NCBI GenBank assembly: GCA_018398765.1
Contig: JAHBMJ010000389.1
Coordinates: 1 to 48,987 of the forward strand
DNA length: 48,987 nt
Source of the DNA: Chromera velia
Lineage: Eukaryota
Reading direction: 5' to 3'
The first letter of the stretch is position 1; every line of letters starts with the position of its first letter. Both the position numbers and the translations under genes were made by a program. Of the stretch, positions 25,282 through 37,921 are shown piece after piece. The notes beneath the pieces are model-generated. The model had not been told where the DNA came from and ran no database searches. It was given only the letters and a program-made list of their open reading frames with translations.

Positions 25282-27297
25282 GCAGGCCAAGCGGTATCCC
25301 CCACCTCTCCAGAGATACCCTCCCCTTCGGCTTCTTCCTCCGATTCCTTGTTTCACATCTCTACCTCAAAGTGCACTTCCGACTCTCCCTCTCCTCATCT
25401 TTCTTCACTTTAAAGCTTTTCACCCTCTTCTTCTTCTCCTTCTTCTTCTTTTCTTTGTGGTTATTCTTGTTCTTCTCTCTCCCGTCCGTTTGCAACCTCT
25501 TCAATTCCTCTTTGGGTGTTCAAAACACCCCCTCCTTCCCTTTCTTCCCCGTCTGTATCTTTCGAGGTAGTCCGATAAACAGAGAGACAACTGGCAGTGG
25601 TCGTCGTGACGTTGAATGTAGGCAGCTTGACATCTAAAATTTCCAATGAGTCTCTTGATGGATGGCTGCGGGGAGTGGACATCGCCGTGCTCACAAATAC
25701 GCAGTTTCCCCCAGAGTCTGTGAAGATAACTGCGGAAGAGCATTCTGCCTGGAATTATTCACATACGGAGTGGTATAAAAGGAAGCTGGGAGTGCACGGG
25801 AAGGCACAGGACAAGGAACGAAACATAGGTGGGGTCTGCATTCTTGTTAAAAAAAGTTTGCAAGCCCACCTGAAACCTCAATAGGAACTGTGTGGGCCGA
25901 ACATTGTCAAACTGCAGGTATAAGGGTGTATGCAAGAAGGGGGGAAGACATGGAAGGTGGAGGGTGGGGGTTTTCTTTTTATTTTTGGTGTATACTTTCT
26001 GTAGAGAGGCACTGATAGGGGTTTGAGGGACGGGATCTCAAAGGAACAGGAAAGGAAATTTCTGTTGGAGACGGTGTGTGATGTCCCTCTATCGGCCAGG
26101 CAACTGGACCCGGTCCTAGGGGATTTCAATTCACACATCGGAGCAGAATTCCTAAAGGAAGTCACGTGGGGGAGAAACTCTGAGATAGCCTGAAAAAAGA
26201 CAGAGCACAGAGAGAATATGTGAAAAGGGGGAGCAGAAAAAGGAAATGGGATGGTTCAGGGGATGTTTAGGGAGTCGGAATGTAGAGCACAAATAGATGT
26301 TGAAGGTTGCGCTTTGCTGCGGTTATGCAAGGCCTCAAACTTAGTGCCACTCAACGGCATAAAACTGAAGGATCAAGAAAAGAAAATTGACATTGACTGT
26401 TTGGGGGGATATACATTTTTCAGAAAAGGCAGGCCGTGCTCTGTAATTGGCTTCATTTTAATAATTGACCCTGTACTTTTATCTTGAAGTTCTTGGAGTT
26501 CTTTCGGAATTGAAATGTTTGCTGATGCTGCCCAAGAACACGGCTCAGTTTCATGTGGCCTCACTCTGGTTGATGTGGAGTCATTTCCCCTCCCTGCCTC
26601 CCTTCTGCATCCCTTACTGATCCCTGCCCCCCTTTTCAAGAAGCCGTGCAGAGTGTCACCAGTAAGGGATGAGGAGCTTACAGAGATGGCGACTTCCGTG
26701 CAGCAGCTCACGGAGGCATGTTAGCCAGGTTTCTGGGAGGTAGGCCTGACGGCAGCTGAGGTTGAACACAATGGATTGCCTCTTTTACCCATTCCCCTCC
26801 CTCCTTCCCCCCCCCGTGACCCAATCCCCCCTGCGTCCATCCCTGTTTCCCTGCCTAAGAGGATCAAGGACCTAGCAGGCAGATGGGAAGAGAAGCTAGC
26901 AGAACTGGAGGGAAGGAAGCAGAGGGGTAAGAAAAAATATGATAAAAGGAAGGATGGACAGACAGCCGCCCCCTGGTGGGACAGTGAGTGTAAAGAAATG
27001 AATAAACGGGTAAGGAGAGCAGAGAAAGAGCTAAGAACACGAGTTATAGGCAGAAGGAGTAACGATAGGTCTAAAGAGTATAGAAAAAAACAGAAAGACA
27101 AGCTTATGAGAAAGAAAGGAAGGTTGATTGTAAGAAAGAAGGCAGTGTATGCGCATGTGCAGGCAGAGCGCCTTACATTGGAGGCGGCCAGAGACCCCTT
27201 AGTGGTATAGAAATGGAAGAGGGCACAACAGAACGCTGGAGGGGATGAAGCGGGGAGCAGGCCTTCCGCAGATACTTTTTCAAACTTCTGGGCGTCT

Positions 27298-28323
27298 GTG
27301 TTTGAAGGAGAACCTGGAGAAGGACTTCCCGGCTTTTCTCTCCCCTCCAGCCCCCCTCTCCCTCCTCGGTCCCTTTTCTTCTCTCTCTCTCTATATGAGA
27401 AAGTCATTAAAGAAATAAACCCTAAGAATGCAGCCGGATTTGAGAGTCTCTCTTCTAAGCATGCTGCTCTGTGTTTTAGCTTATCGCGTCTCTCACGTTT
27501 TCTTCTTTTTATCTTTTTCAATCTCTTTCACCTCTTCTCTTACTGGCCGCCTACATGGAATTTCCTTCGCATCGTCCGTATCCGTAAAGGCCCTGTGTCT
27601 CCATTGGTGGATGAATGGAGGCCCATACACATAGCAAGTCTTTTTGCCAAGCTTTTTGCCCTGCTTATGGATTCTCATCTTCGTCTAAGAACGAGGATCC
27701 ATGACAGACAGATAGGTTTCAGGAAAGGGGTCGGATTCCGAACTAGAGAGGCGATTTATGCTTTGTTTACTTTATCGGAAACTGCAAGAAATAAAAAGAG
27801 ACCGTTGTTTGCTTCCTTTGTGGACTTCAGTAAGGCGTTTGACAAAGTAGACAGGAAAAAACTAATAGAGAGGCCTAAGGAAGAAGGGCTGGGGGAGGGG
27901 GACATTCGAATGATTCATGCAATGTATGTCAAAATAATGGAGAAGATTGAGAGCTCAGACAATATGTTTGAGGAAGGAACAGGAGTCAAGCAAGGGGACC
28001 CACTCTCTCCTCTTCTCTTTCTTCTCTTTATCAATAATATTCATACCTCCATTAGCCTTCAATGCAGGGAGCTCCGGCAAAAGGAACGAACAAACCTTCC
28101 CGAGGAAGCAAGCGCCCGACTAGACGCCCGATGGAGGAGCCTCAGGGAGACTCTCTCTCAGTTAGAGGCTCAGCTCAGATCCTTAAACTCCTCCCCCCCA
28201 GACATACCCCCAACAGAAGTGAGGTTGGGAGACCTACTGCTTGAGAGCATTGGATATGCCGATGACCTCATCATCTTTGGACACTCCCCCCAAGACCTCC
28301 AGAAGCGTCCAGAAGAGGATTGA
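27298..28323 (+). pseudogene. reverse transcriptase domain of LINE-B
   Basis: 341-aa open segment with RT motifs through YADD, followed by a frameshift. Confidence 0.92.
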
Positions 28324-30837
28324 TTGGTTGGCTACCTATTGTAACAAGTGGGGGTTGACGGTGAATCTAAAGATTTTCTGAAGACAAAGGTGATGAAATT
28401 AGCAGGTAGGGGGGGGGTAGATAAAATTTGTTTCAAGGGTCGGACGGTCGAGTGGGTAGAGAGTTACAGATATCTTGGCTGTCAGGTTTTTTCTGATGCA
28501 AACCCTCGCAAGTCTGTGACCGCCAGACTTGAAGCTACAGAAAGGGAAGTTAGGGGGGCTGTGGGTCTGTATGCGTCAATAGGTATGCTCTCCCCCCACA
28601 GTCGCATATCCCTTTTCAAGGGGACGTGGGAGCCCGCCGCCATCTATTCCCTTGAAGCTCTCCCTATTCAAGAATCTGATATCTAATGCTTAGACTCCCC
28701 CCAGCAGCTGAGCTTCGTTTTGTGCATTGGTCTCTCTGTCTGCCCTAGAATTCTTTTGTGTTTCCCACCCTTGCAGCTGTTGGGCTGAGGCCCATGAGAG
28801 AGATTCTCAGTATCAGAGTGGGGGGGTATTTGAGAAGTCTCTCCCTTGCTCGATTGGCTTTGCCTCAAGTATTGTGGGTATGCCACAGGAGGGGGGAGTT
28901 AAAAGCGTAGTCGGGGTCTGCAAAGAAGCTTGTACAGCCCGTCAGTCCTGCCCTCCTGGAAGGTGAACCAGATGAGGTCGATTTCAGAATATCAGATAGC
29001 AAGCTGAGAAGGGGAGTGAGAAATAGAGAAGTGAACGAATGGATGGGGGACTGGATAAACCCGGTCTCCATCACAGAAAGGAAACGGGGGAGGCGGGGGA
29101 GACAAGGAATGAATGGGAGCATGTTTTTTTCTCCGTCTGCTTGCCTGACCGAATATCAGAAGGAGAATAGTAGCAGCCAACGTTTTGCAAAATTAGTTTT
29201 CGGAAGCTTGGTGGAGGGGAGGAGGGGTTCATAGTCTGCCTCGGCGGAACCTCTCTCCAGGCAGTTGTTGGCTTCCCCCGGAGCAGTTTTCCACCTTTTG
29301 TTGTGCACCATTGTTGGAGGGGGGGCAAACCATGGGGGGAGGGTTGAATCAATTTGCAAAGCCTATGAAGAGAAAAGTTGGGAGAAATTGATTGACGATC
29401 CGATTCACCGTCTGACAACTTGTGTTCGAACGGAGGTGCCGCGGGGGAGACTGACTGATCTCTGGTATATTAGGCGACTGGAGTGTATGTCGATAGAGGA
29501 AGTGTGTGAGCACGGAGAGAGACAGGAAGCCCGAGGAGGTAAGGGGGTGGGGCAGGCTGAAGAGCGGGTAAGGCGGTACTTCTCGCTTCTTCTTCGGAGG
29601 GACGCCCGAAAGGCCAGTGCCCTCATTGCTGCATGCTTAGGACCGGACTAATCGATTCTGGGGAGCAGTGTTTTACTAGCTAGCAGTCCTAAAGTTCGAC
29701 CACTTTAGGTAAGCATTCGCTAGTGTGCTCCTAGCTTGCAATATGACATGAATGCTCACAGACTGCCTTTTACCATTGGGACACGATGGCTGGCGGGTTA
29801 AGTCACCTCATCATCATCATCTTCATATAAAAAAGAAACAATGCACGTCATGCCCCGCAGTTGGCCATGCAGACTCATTTCTGAGGCCAAGTAGTGGGCT
29901 CACCGGCTTCAACTTGAATTCAATTCAATTCAATCCGTCTCTGACCGCTTTTCACTAGCTAGCTTCAAGTTGAAAATGTCTTAGGTATTCCAAGCTGATA
30001 TAAGAAAACGCTAATAAAATTGTCCCCTACTGAAATTTAGCCTGAAAATAGAGACTACTGAATTCAAATTTAAGGTATTTTACATTGAAATTCACAGTAA
30101 ATTTCTGAGTAAATTAAAAGTATATGGTCAAAGTTAATTGCTAATTAAAACATAAAACGGTTAATTTATATGTACTTAAAGTTTTGTGCAATTATCTTCA
30201 ATATCAATCAGATCCCCACAGGAGAGTCGTCCGTATTGAGACAAAGAGAGAGGGAGAGAAAGAGGTGTAGCAAGAGACACTCTGAGAAAGGTGAAGAGAC
30301 AGAGAGAGAAAGAGACAATTACTGCGTGCGATTTCATGAAGCCCGTTTCTACCGAGCGGTAGAGAACAAGCATGCAAAGAGTTTTTCTGCATACATGTAC
30401 ATCGACAGATGCAAATAGATGGCGGAAGAAAAATCAGAGACGCAGTAAAAAACAGAACGCTCTGTCCACTGCCCCTTTCACAACCTAGCAGCCTACCACA
30501 AAAAAGGGTCGATAATCATTACGCTCTCTCTCCCTCCCTCCTCTGTCCTTAAAATTCTTTCTGCAGTCCGTAGGGTCATCTGCTCATTTCCCCCCAACGA
30601 TTCAATATCCCTTTCCCCTTACCATGCACGCACCCCTCCCCCCCATGAATAAACTTTCTTCTTCCTCCTCTTTCCCTTCCTTGTGTCTTCCTTGTGCAGA
30701 GAAACGAACAGGCCAAGCAGCCAAACGGACCACACTTCCTCTTAAATCCATCCACTTACTCACCTACCAAATCCAAATTCATTTCTACTCTTTCCTTACT
30801 GCTTGGCCTTCGAACTCTGTCCTCCCTTCCTCCTTCC

Positions 30838-32235
30838 TCAGCTCCTCTCTGCGAAACGCACAAAGACAACATGACAGCCCCACGGCATCCGCACATGTGC
30901 CCCCCTGTTGTACCCGTTCGAAAGCGAAATCGGGGCCGCCAGGGACAGGCACACGAAGGCCTGGGTGTCGTCCACAGCGTCGAGGAAGGAATTCAAAAAG
31001 GAGTCTGAGAGGCTCACAAGCTTGTCAAGGTCTTTGATGCCCTTCTCTCGAATGGCTTGCTGCACGTGCATGGGCAAGTTAGGGATCGAGGAACACTGCA
31101 TGGACTGATTGATGCACATACCGCTGGGCTACGCTTATGCGCAACTACCCATGCAGGCAGAGAAAAACACACACAAGCGCGCTCCGGTGGACCGTGAGGA
31201 GAGTGCACAATCAATTTTCTTCCGTTTGGAGCCGAAGACGAGAGAGAGAAGGATGTGCCCTGTCTGTATCGAAATCTTCTGTCTGTCTGTCCTCACAGGG
31301 GAAATTTAAATGGTCAAACAGAAGCCCAGACTCTAGTTCTCCCTGCAATTCAATTGCACACGAAAGAGACTTTTTGAACAAGAAGACAAACATGAGGGAC
31401 GACAAAAAGATCCAACACCGTTGCAGTACATCCGAACCAAGCTAACGACATCCCCCCTTCCCTTTCCCTTTCCCTGTCTGCCTGTCTGTCTGCTTTCTGA
31501 CTCACCATGACTGCTGCCTCCACCTTCTTCGTCTCCTCCAGACTGAAGTTGGAAGAGACCAGGCCTGGTGGCAACTCCCGGCCCAGGTCTACCCCCGCGT
31601 TGCTCAAGTGTCTTTGAGGGGAAACTGCGATGACGATACGCCTGTTGAACACGACGCAGGGCAGATAGGACATGGTCCTCTGCTTCCCCGTGTCGCAGAA
31701 AAGGAGGAAGACCGCCATGCCGAGGAGATCCTCATCGAGCACCTTCATCAACGCCTTCAGGAAACGCTCTTGGTCAGCCCCCCCCCCCAAAGGGTTTGTA
31801 TTGGGGGGGGAGATCGAATTGACGAGGAGACGGAGACGGTCAACCTCGCTCTTGAGCATCTTATGGAACGACGTCACGACGTAGGTGTTCGCCTGCAATG
31901 CAGTGAGTGCGGTCAAGAGAAGAGAAGAAAAAAGGAGAGGAGAGAAAGGAGGAAGTCTCGCAAATGCAGCAGCCTTCGCGGATTCTTTCAGGTACATATT
32001 TAATCCTTCTTTGTCTGTGAGTGATTCGGGTGCAGTGCTTTTTTTTCGTTCCCTCTTCCTCATGGAAGTTCGTGAAGGCATTACGACAAAAAACGACCTA
32101 AGCGAACGGATGCCAGAGGAACGGAGACAGGAGGGACACGGCAGTAAACGAGTACAATGGAAAAAATTCACAAAGAACTAGAGACAGGCAATGGTCTGAG
32201 AAAGAGAAAGAGATTGGACGTTACACGCACGTACG

Positions 32236-32271
<36 letters not shown>

Positions 32272-35200
32272 GGAGGAGAGAGCGGCAGAGACAGACAGAC
32301 AGACAGACGGACACACAGAGAGACAGACAGATGAGCAGACATCAGAAATTAAAACACCCACGCGCATTCGCACAAACAGAGAGACCGGGAGAAATCCAGA
32401 GCAACCACGCCCAACCTTCCAAACCTACCTTCGGCAGTCTGGCTCTCTTCTGTGCAAGAGGAAGGGCATCGGGCCAATCTGAAAGTCTCTCCTTCGCCTC
32501 CACTCGCTTGTCCACAGAAAGGGACGTCCCCTGCATTCCCGCCCCTCCTCTCTCCCCCTCTGCACCACCCAGGGACGGCAGCTGATATCCCCTACTGATC
32601 CCGATCCCAACACGCTCTCTCTCCTTGTCTCCCTCCCCACGATCTTCTTTGTCGTCTGTCCTTCTTTTCTTTGACGGCTTTCGAGAATCCTGTTCCCCTT
32701 CTGCATCGTCAGAGTGGTGTCGCAACACTGAAGACTCCGTGATCTCCTCCCTGACCTGCTGTGTGCATGGGTTTTTGAGCTGCAGAGCATTCCTGACCGA
32801 CCTGGAAGTTTTGTGTGCCAGAGAAGTTTGCCACTGGCATGCTTTTTTTGACAGACTCTCTCTAAAGGCCCTCTCTCTCTCCTCATAATGACTCCCTCTT
32901 TTCCGATTCTCTTCCGCTCGGAACTTCTCGTAGAATCCTCCCTTACCCTCTGTTGAGGTTCTCTCTGCCTCCGTCTCCTTCGCTCGTTTCATTGCCCTCA
33001 ACTGATCCCTCAGTAAGTCCACCTTCTTTTTCCCCTGGCTGTTCGCGCCCCCATACTCTTCAGTGTCTCTGTCGTCGTGACCGAAGTACGGAGGTCTTTT
33101 TTCTGTCTTCCCAGAGGAAGAAGAAGAAGAAGGACGGGGCCCCGTGCGTTGAGGGGGGAGGCTGAGAGGGGAAGGAAACGAAGACGAACGACGCGCCCAT
33201 GCAGGTGCACATGCTGCTGCCGACGTGAAATACCCTTCCACACCCGCGTCCCCTTCTGCTCCTGGGTCTGCCCTGTCTGACGGGGTGGCGTGATGATCTT
33301 CCATTCCCCCCCCAGAGTGCTGGATCATTTCTCCGTCAAGGCCCTTTTCCATGTCCTCTTCCCCTTCTTCCCTGTGTCGAATGCGTCCAGGAAGAACAGC
33401 AGACAGACTTTGAAGTTCAATGTCCTCCCCTCTCTCCCCGATCCGCCCCTCCTCTTCCTCTTCTTCTTCATCGCAGGCACCCAATGACTTCAACGGACTC
33501 CCTTGAAGGTCAAGGGAACGTCTTCCTGCTGACAGCCCAGCAGCCTCTATCTTCAACACTGCACCCATCCTAGTCTTTTGCTTGGACAGCTCGGGAACAG
33601 TGGGGACTGTAGGGGGGAATGAAGAGAGGGAGGGGCAAAGGTCGAAGGGATCCCTTTCACGAGATATTCCACTCCCCTTTCTGTCTCTTTTTTCAGAGGT
33701 CAGATTCTTGCCAACCGTTTCGCCCATCTCAGGAGAGATGGAAGAAAACGAGACGGGGAAACCAGGATCTCTCATCGAACTACCGCCCTCCTTTCTGTCG
33801 CTCTCTTGTCGCTGCTTCCACGCGGCTGAGGGATTTCTCTCTCCCCTTCTGACCCCTCCCCCTTCCACTTCGCCACCCTCCTCTCTGTCTCTCTTCCTGC
33901 TACTCACTACTACTCTGACGAGGTCCCCCGTCCCGCTGCCCTGTCTGTCTCCCTGTCTGTCTCCCTGTCCCTTTCCCTGCCTCGTGTCATCATCCCGTCC
34001 GTTTCTCACTTTCCCGTCCGCCCCCACTGCGCCTCTCTGCCCTCCCCCCAACATTTACCGCGCCCCGATTTCCCCCGTTCAACAGTGCGTTCACCGTGAA
34101 CTTCACCCTCTCATACGTCAATGCCCAGCTCGCTCCCTCCAGTTGCGGAAAGAAGGAACGAACGTCCTCGCCAGCAGCCTGCACCACACACGAAAGAGGG
34201 AAGACAAAGAAAAGTGAATCCCGTGTGGGCCGGGGTGGAGAAAACGAATGGAGTTTGCATGCATGGGGTCTCTCTCTGTGTGTGGGGCCTCCCCATCAAC
34301 TCTTTGTCACGTGGTCGAGGGAGGCCTCTCTTATATTCCTCCTCGATCTGCCACGTCAACACTTGTTGCGGCAGTACAGCTGAAGGGCTGTCCTAACTAA
34401 GTGAGTTTTTTCTCATGGCGGTTCTTTCGTATCTCTTCATCCTTCCTCCCTTTTTTTCTATCCCTCCAAACTTCGAAATATAGGTTTTTCCCCCTCCAGG
34501 TCCCCTCGAGGAGAGAAAGAGAGCCTGCAGGCTCTTTGACAAATGAGAGAGAGTTCCGCTCTGACCTTCGAAAACTTCGTGTTCTCCAGCCTTCTCTCTT
34601 CGTACCACCGACGGTCCTTTCTCCACATCGGCAGACCGACAAACGCCTCCCCTATTGGATCGATGGAGTTCCACAGGGGGAGACAGAATAGGTCTCTCTC
34701 TTTGTTGAGGAGAGTCTGCGCAGACAGAAATGGAAGAGCAAAAAGGAAGCTAACGAGTAAAGAAATGTGAGACAGACAGACAGACAGAAGCACGCAGCTG
34801 AGAAAAGGTCCACGGAGTGAGGAGCCTGATTGAATTACAAGTATGCAGCGTTTCGCTTCCTTCCGAAAATACAGAGTCGACAGAAAGGAAGAGGGAGAGA
34901 AAGACAAAGCGGAGGATCACACGTGTTGCTGCAGCTGCTCTTCGACGAGACACTCAACCCACTTCAGTGACGAACACCTCCCGATTGATCATACCAATCA
35001 AACATGTTCTTACATGATTCTCTGTCAGTCACTGTCTGCATTCCAAAAAAACCGACCTGGTTCGAAACCTTTCCCTTTCCTGGGTGGTGCGCCTGCAGAA
35101 AGCCCGACAAGGCGCTCAATTGCGTGGGCTCGTTGTGGTAGTAAAGGGAGAAGAACATCTTGCACACCCATTCACGTCGGTTCTCCTCCTGTTCTGGGAC

Positions 35201-37060
35201 CCTCGGGAGGGCGACAGGTGCATCTGGGTGGTAAGGGAAGTGAGGAGGCTGCGGCTGTCGGAGGGCTGCCACCGGACTGAGCGTGCTGCTTTGTTGCTTC
35301 TTCGGAGACGTCACGGCGGCCGCAATCGAAGAAAGAAGAGGAAGGGAAGAATGAGGGTGCGTGATGGAGGGGAGAGGGATTTCGTTTGCCCCGGACAGGG
35401 CTCGGATGGAAGCAGAAGAGGAGATCTGGGGGGGAAGGGTTGTTCCTGTGGAGAGGAACGACTTTCTGGAAGGGGAGGCGGGGAGGCGGAGTGTTTGGGC
35501 GTCTGAAAGCGGCGGTTGCTTCGTCTGGGTCCTTTCCTTCGAAGCAGCATCTCTGATCCATTTTGCAGGAGGGCCGATCAATCCACTCTCTGTATCGTTT
35601 CTTCCCCTATCTGTCTCTCCCCACTGTGTCCCCGTCTCTCTCTTCTGAGAGTCGGACACACGTTGAAGTGCCACTTTTCGGATAAGTTGTGAGAGGCCTG
35701 GGTCGATGGGGGCCTTTAGGGCCTTGCCGAGGAGACGGCAGAGCTTCGTCTCTTCCTCTAAAGTGAAGTGAGGGTGCACCCCCTCCGAGTCGCTCTCCCG
35801 TATCTCCGAAGGCCTGTCCAAGATTGAAAGCAGGGGAGGAGCTTGGGAAATCGGATGAGACTGACCAGACTGACCTTCGAGGGGAAAGAAGGCAGGCAAG
35901 GTCTGTTGCTCTGGTGTCATTGGTGGAGGGAAACTGAAGGATGCTGCGAGTCCCTCCCACCCGGGAAGGGTTGGACGTATCGGGGTCCGGAGGGGAGTGG
36001 GGGGAAACCTGGGGGGGGATTGAGGAGAACGGAGTCTTGGTCGGGTTCTGCCATGGAAAGACCGAATGACCCCATGGAAGCCCAACTTCTCCCTGAATCT
36101 CCTTGGGTGACCCGCATCTCTGTCTCCTGATGGCTACCCTCCACTCTTCCATGCTCCTCCTGTCGGAGCTTCTTGTAAGAAACACCGTCAGCACTGATGG
36201 TTGAAGAATGAGAACGCCAAGTCACTCCCCCCATCCCTCCCTGACCCTGACCCTGTGCTGTTGAGACTGACGCCGCAGAAGAGAAGTCCAAGAGACCCCC
36301 TGCATTTCCGTGGAGCTGAAGAGGCAGGCCCCCCGGGTTCCCTACCATCAAGATCTCCCCTTCCCTTCCTCCATCCCCCCCCGGCCATCTAGAGCCGACT
36401 GAGTGATGCCTTTGTCACCTTTCTTTTCTTGTCTCTCTGATCCTGACGCAGACTCCAAAAAGCTGTTGCTAGAAGGAGTGGAACCGGATTTCCTCTCACC
36501 TTGGCTTTCTCTCTGCTTTTTTTCGCGTAGATAGGAATCCAACCCGTCCTCCGAAATTTCTCCTCCAGCAGCCCTCACCACACGAACGATCTCAGTCCAA
36601 AAACCGTGACAGTTCTGTTAGGGGATGTCAGAAAGAAGACGTTTGGTGCTGTCATACCCCAGGCGCCTCCTCCATCCACAGGGTGTTCGAAATCTGCAGT
36701 AGTGCATCGAATGAGAAGTTTGACGCAGGTGCCCCCATCGGGTTTCACAGCCTCTGCGAGATAAAGAAGGGCTGGATCTTCCTTCACCCTCTGCCAGCCG
36801 GTGCCCTTCTTGACCAACAGAATCGCCGTCCCACTTTCAGAAGCAGAATGCACATCAGGCCATGCCATGCAGAGACTCTCGAGCAAGTCACCATCATTCG
36901 CCTGACTCTCTTCCCGCCCCGGAGGGGGAAGTAGAGAGAGAAAAAAATACAGATACTTAATTGAGGAGACGGACGCAGCCTCAGATTCAATACTCGAATC
37001 AAGGACAGTCGAGGCCACAAAAACCGAAAATTGGTTGGCTTCAGGGCAAACATAGGGCAA
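30838..37060 (-). CDS. large multi-exon hypothetical protein (exon structure only partly resolved)
   Basis: Chain of protein-like minus-strand segments: 36575-37060, 36348-36614, 35917-36351, ~35057-35930, ~34460-34700, 33990-34187, 32428-34054, ~31506-31890 and ~30838-31105. Several canonical junctions are visible (LPK|gtaggt, AVM|gtgagt, SNQ|gtcggt). No recognisable domain; start uncertain. Confidence 0.6.
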
Positions 37061-37195
37061 CCTGGAACATCCTGAAACATTCCTGAAACATGCCTGGCAT
37101 GCACGTGTATATTAATATTGATATGAAGACAGCTACAGAGCCTCTCGCTTCGCTCGTTGCTCCAAAGGCCCTGCATGGAGGGCGTGGATGGGCCC

Positions 37196-37532
37196 CGGCG
37201 CTGTTCTAGACACCGCGGCGTTAATTATAATTTACGGTCAAACGCCGCCGCGGTGCCGCGGAGCGATCGCGGAGCGGCACCAAGCGCCACGGTTGTAAAA
37301 CCTTGAAGAAAGGGGGGGAACCACGGCATGTTTGTTCCGGTCTTTACCTTTTCTGAAGTAAGTTGAACCAAATTGATCAGCAATTGATCAAATTTAAATT
37401 CAAATTTATCATTGAAACACCTTAAAAAATTTTTTTTGGCGCCTGCGGCGCTCAGAAAAACCGTTTTTATGGTATCTCAAACGGGGGGGGGGCGCTGCCG
37501 CGGTGCTAAAAATGGCTACTCTAGAAAGCCTG
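37196..37532. mobile_element. possible degenerate TIR element
   Basis: Ends are loosely inverted (GCTGTTCTAGA..CACCGCGGC versus GCCGCGGTG..TCTAGAAAGCCTG), with repeated CCGCGG motifs and an AT-rich core. No TSD found. Confidence 0.35.
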
Positions 37533-37921
37533 TTGTCTTCTCCATGATGAGACTCCATCAGATTATGAGGGCATGCCAGGGCCTGTGTGCCCTGGCGCTA
37601 CCTACTTTTTTATTAGAGCTCCAACCAAAAGTACCAAAGTACACTAAAGTCTGCCCGGTAGGCTATCGGTACCCACTGAAACCCCCTCTTAGGCGCTTAC
37701 GGCGCCTTCCAAAATCTGCCGCCGGGCTATGCCAGGCACGTTTGGTACCGAAAGTTGCCTTTTTATTCGGCTATATTCAGCGTATTAAAATCTGTTTAAT
37801 CAGTTTGCCGATTGGAAGTTAGCCACCGCCAGGGGGTAAGTGCACTCCCGCATACTTCCGCGAGCATCACCTCAGTACGCTACAGTACACCTCAGTGTGT
37901 CCGAAGAAGAATCGAGTCGCA

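Larger units (their letters stand above)
24946..29820 (+). mobile_element. decayed non-LTR retrotransposon (chromo-like x2 - APE - RT, RTE/RTEX-like) with (CAT)n tail; LINE-B
   Basis: APE motifs TLNVGSL...VDIAVLTNT...GGVCILV (25597-25884) and VLGDFNSHIG (~26112-26143). PWWDSEC linker motif. RT at 27298-28323 (FVDFSKAFD, GVKQGDPLSP, YADD), then YRYLG, and DDPIHRLTTC near the end. (CAT)4 at 29809-29820. Colinear with and homologous to LINE-A. Many stops and frameshifts. The 5' boundary is approximate. Confidence 0.93.

Noticed and set aside
24886..25356. 156-aa minus-strand ORF as a separate gene or LINE ORF1
   Set aside because: It is the antisense of the chromodomain-like repeats; the periodic signal is on the plus strand.
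25042..27210. TAG reassigned to Trp (alternative genetic code)
   Set aside because: Host genes here appear to end in TAG (8103-8105, 39290-39292), and the element also has frameshifts, so decay explains the stops better.
13775..29820. One composite element carrying dUTPase, bounded by the two LINEs
   Set aside because: The LINEs are diverged from each other, no shared TSD was found at the outer ends, and the dUTPase keeps its introns.
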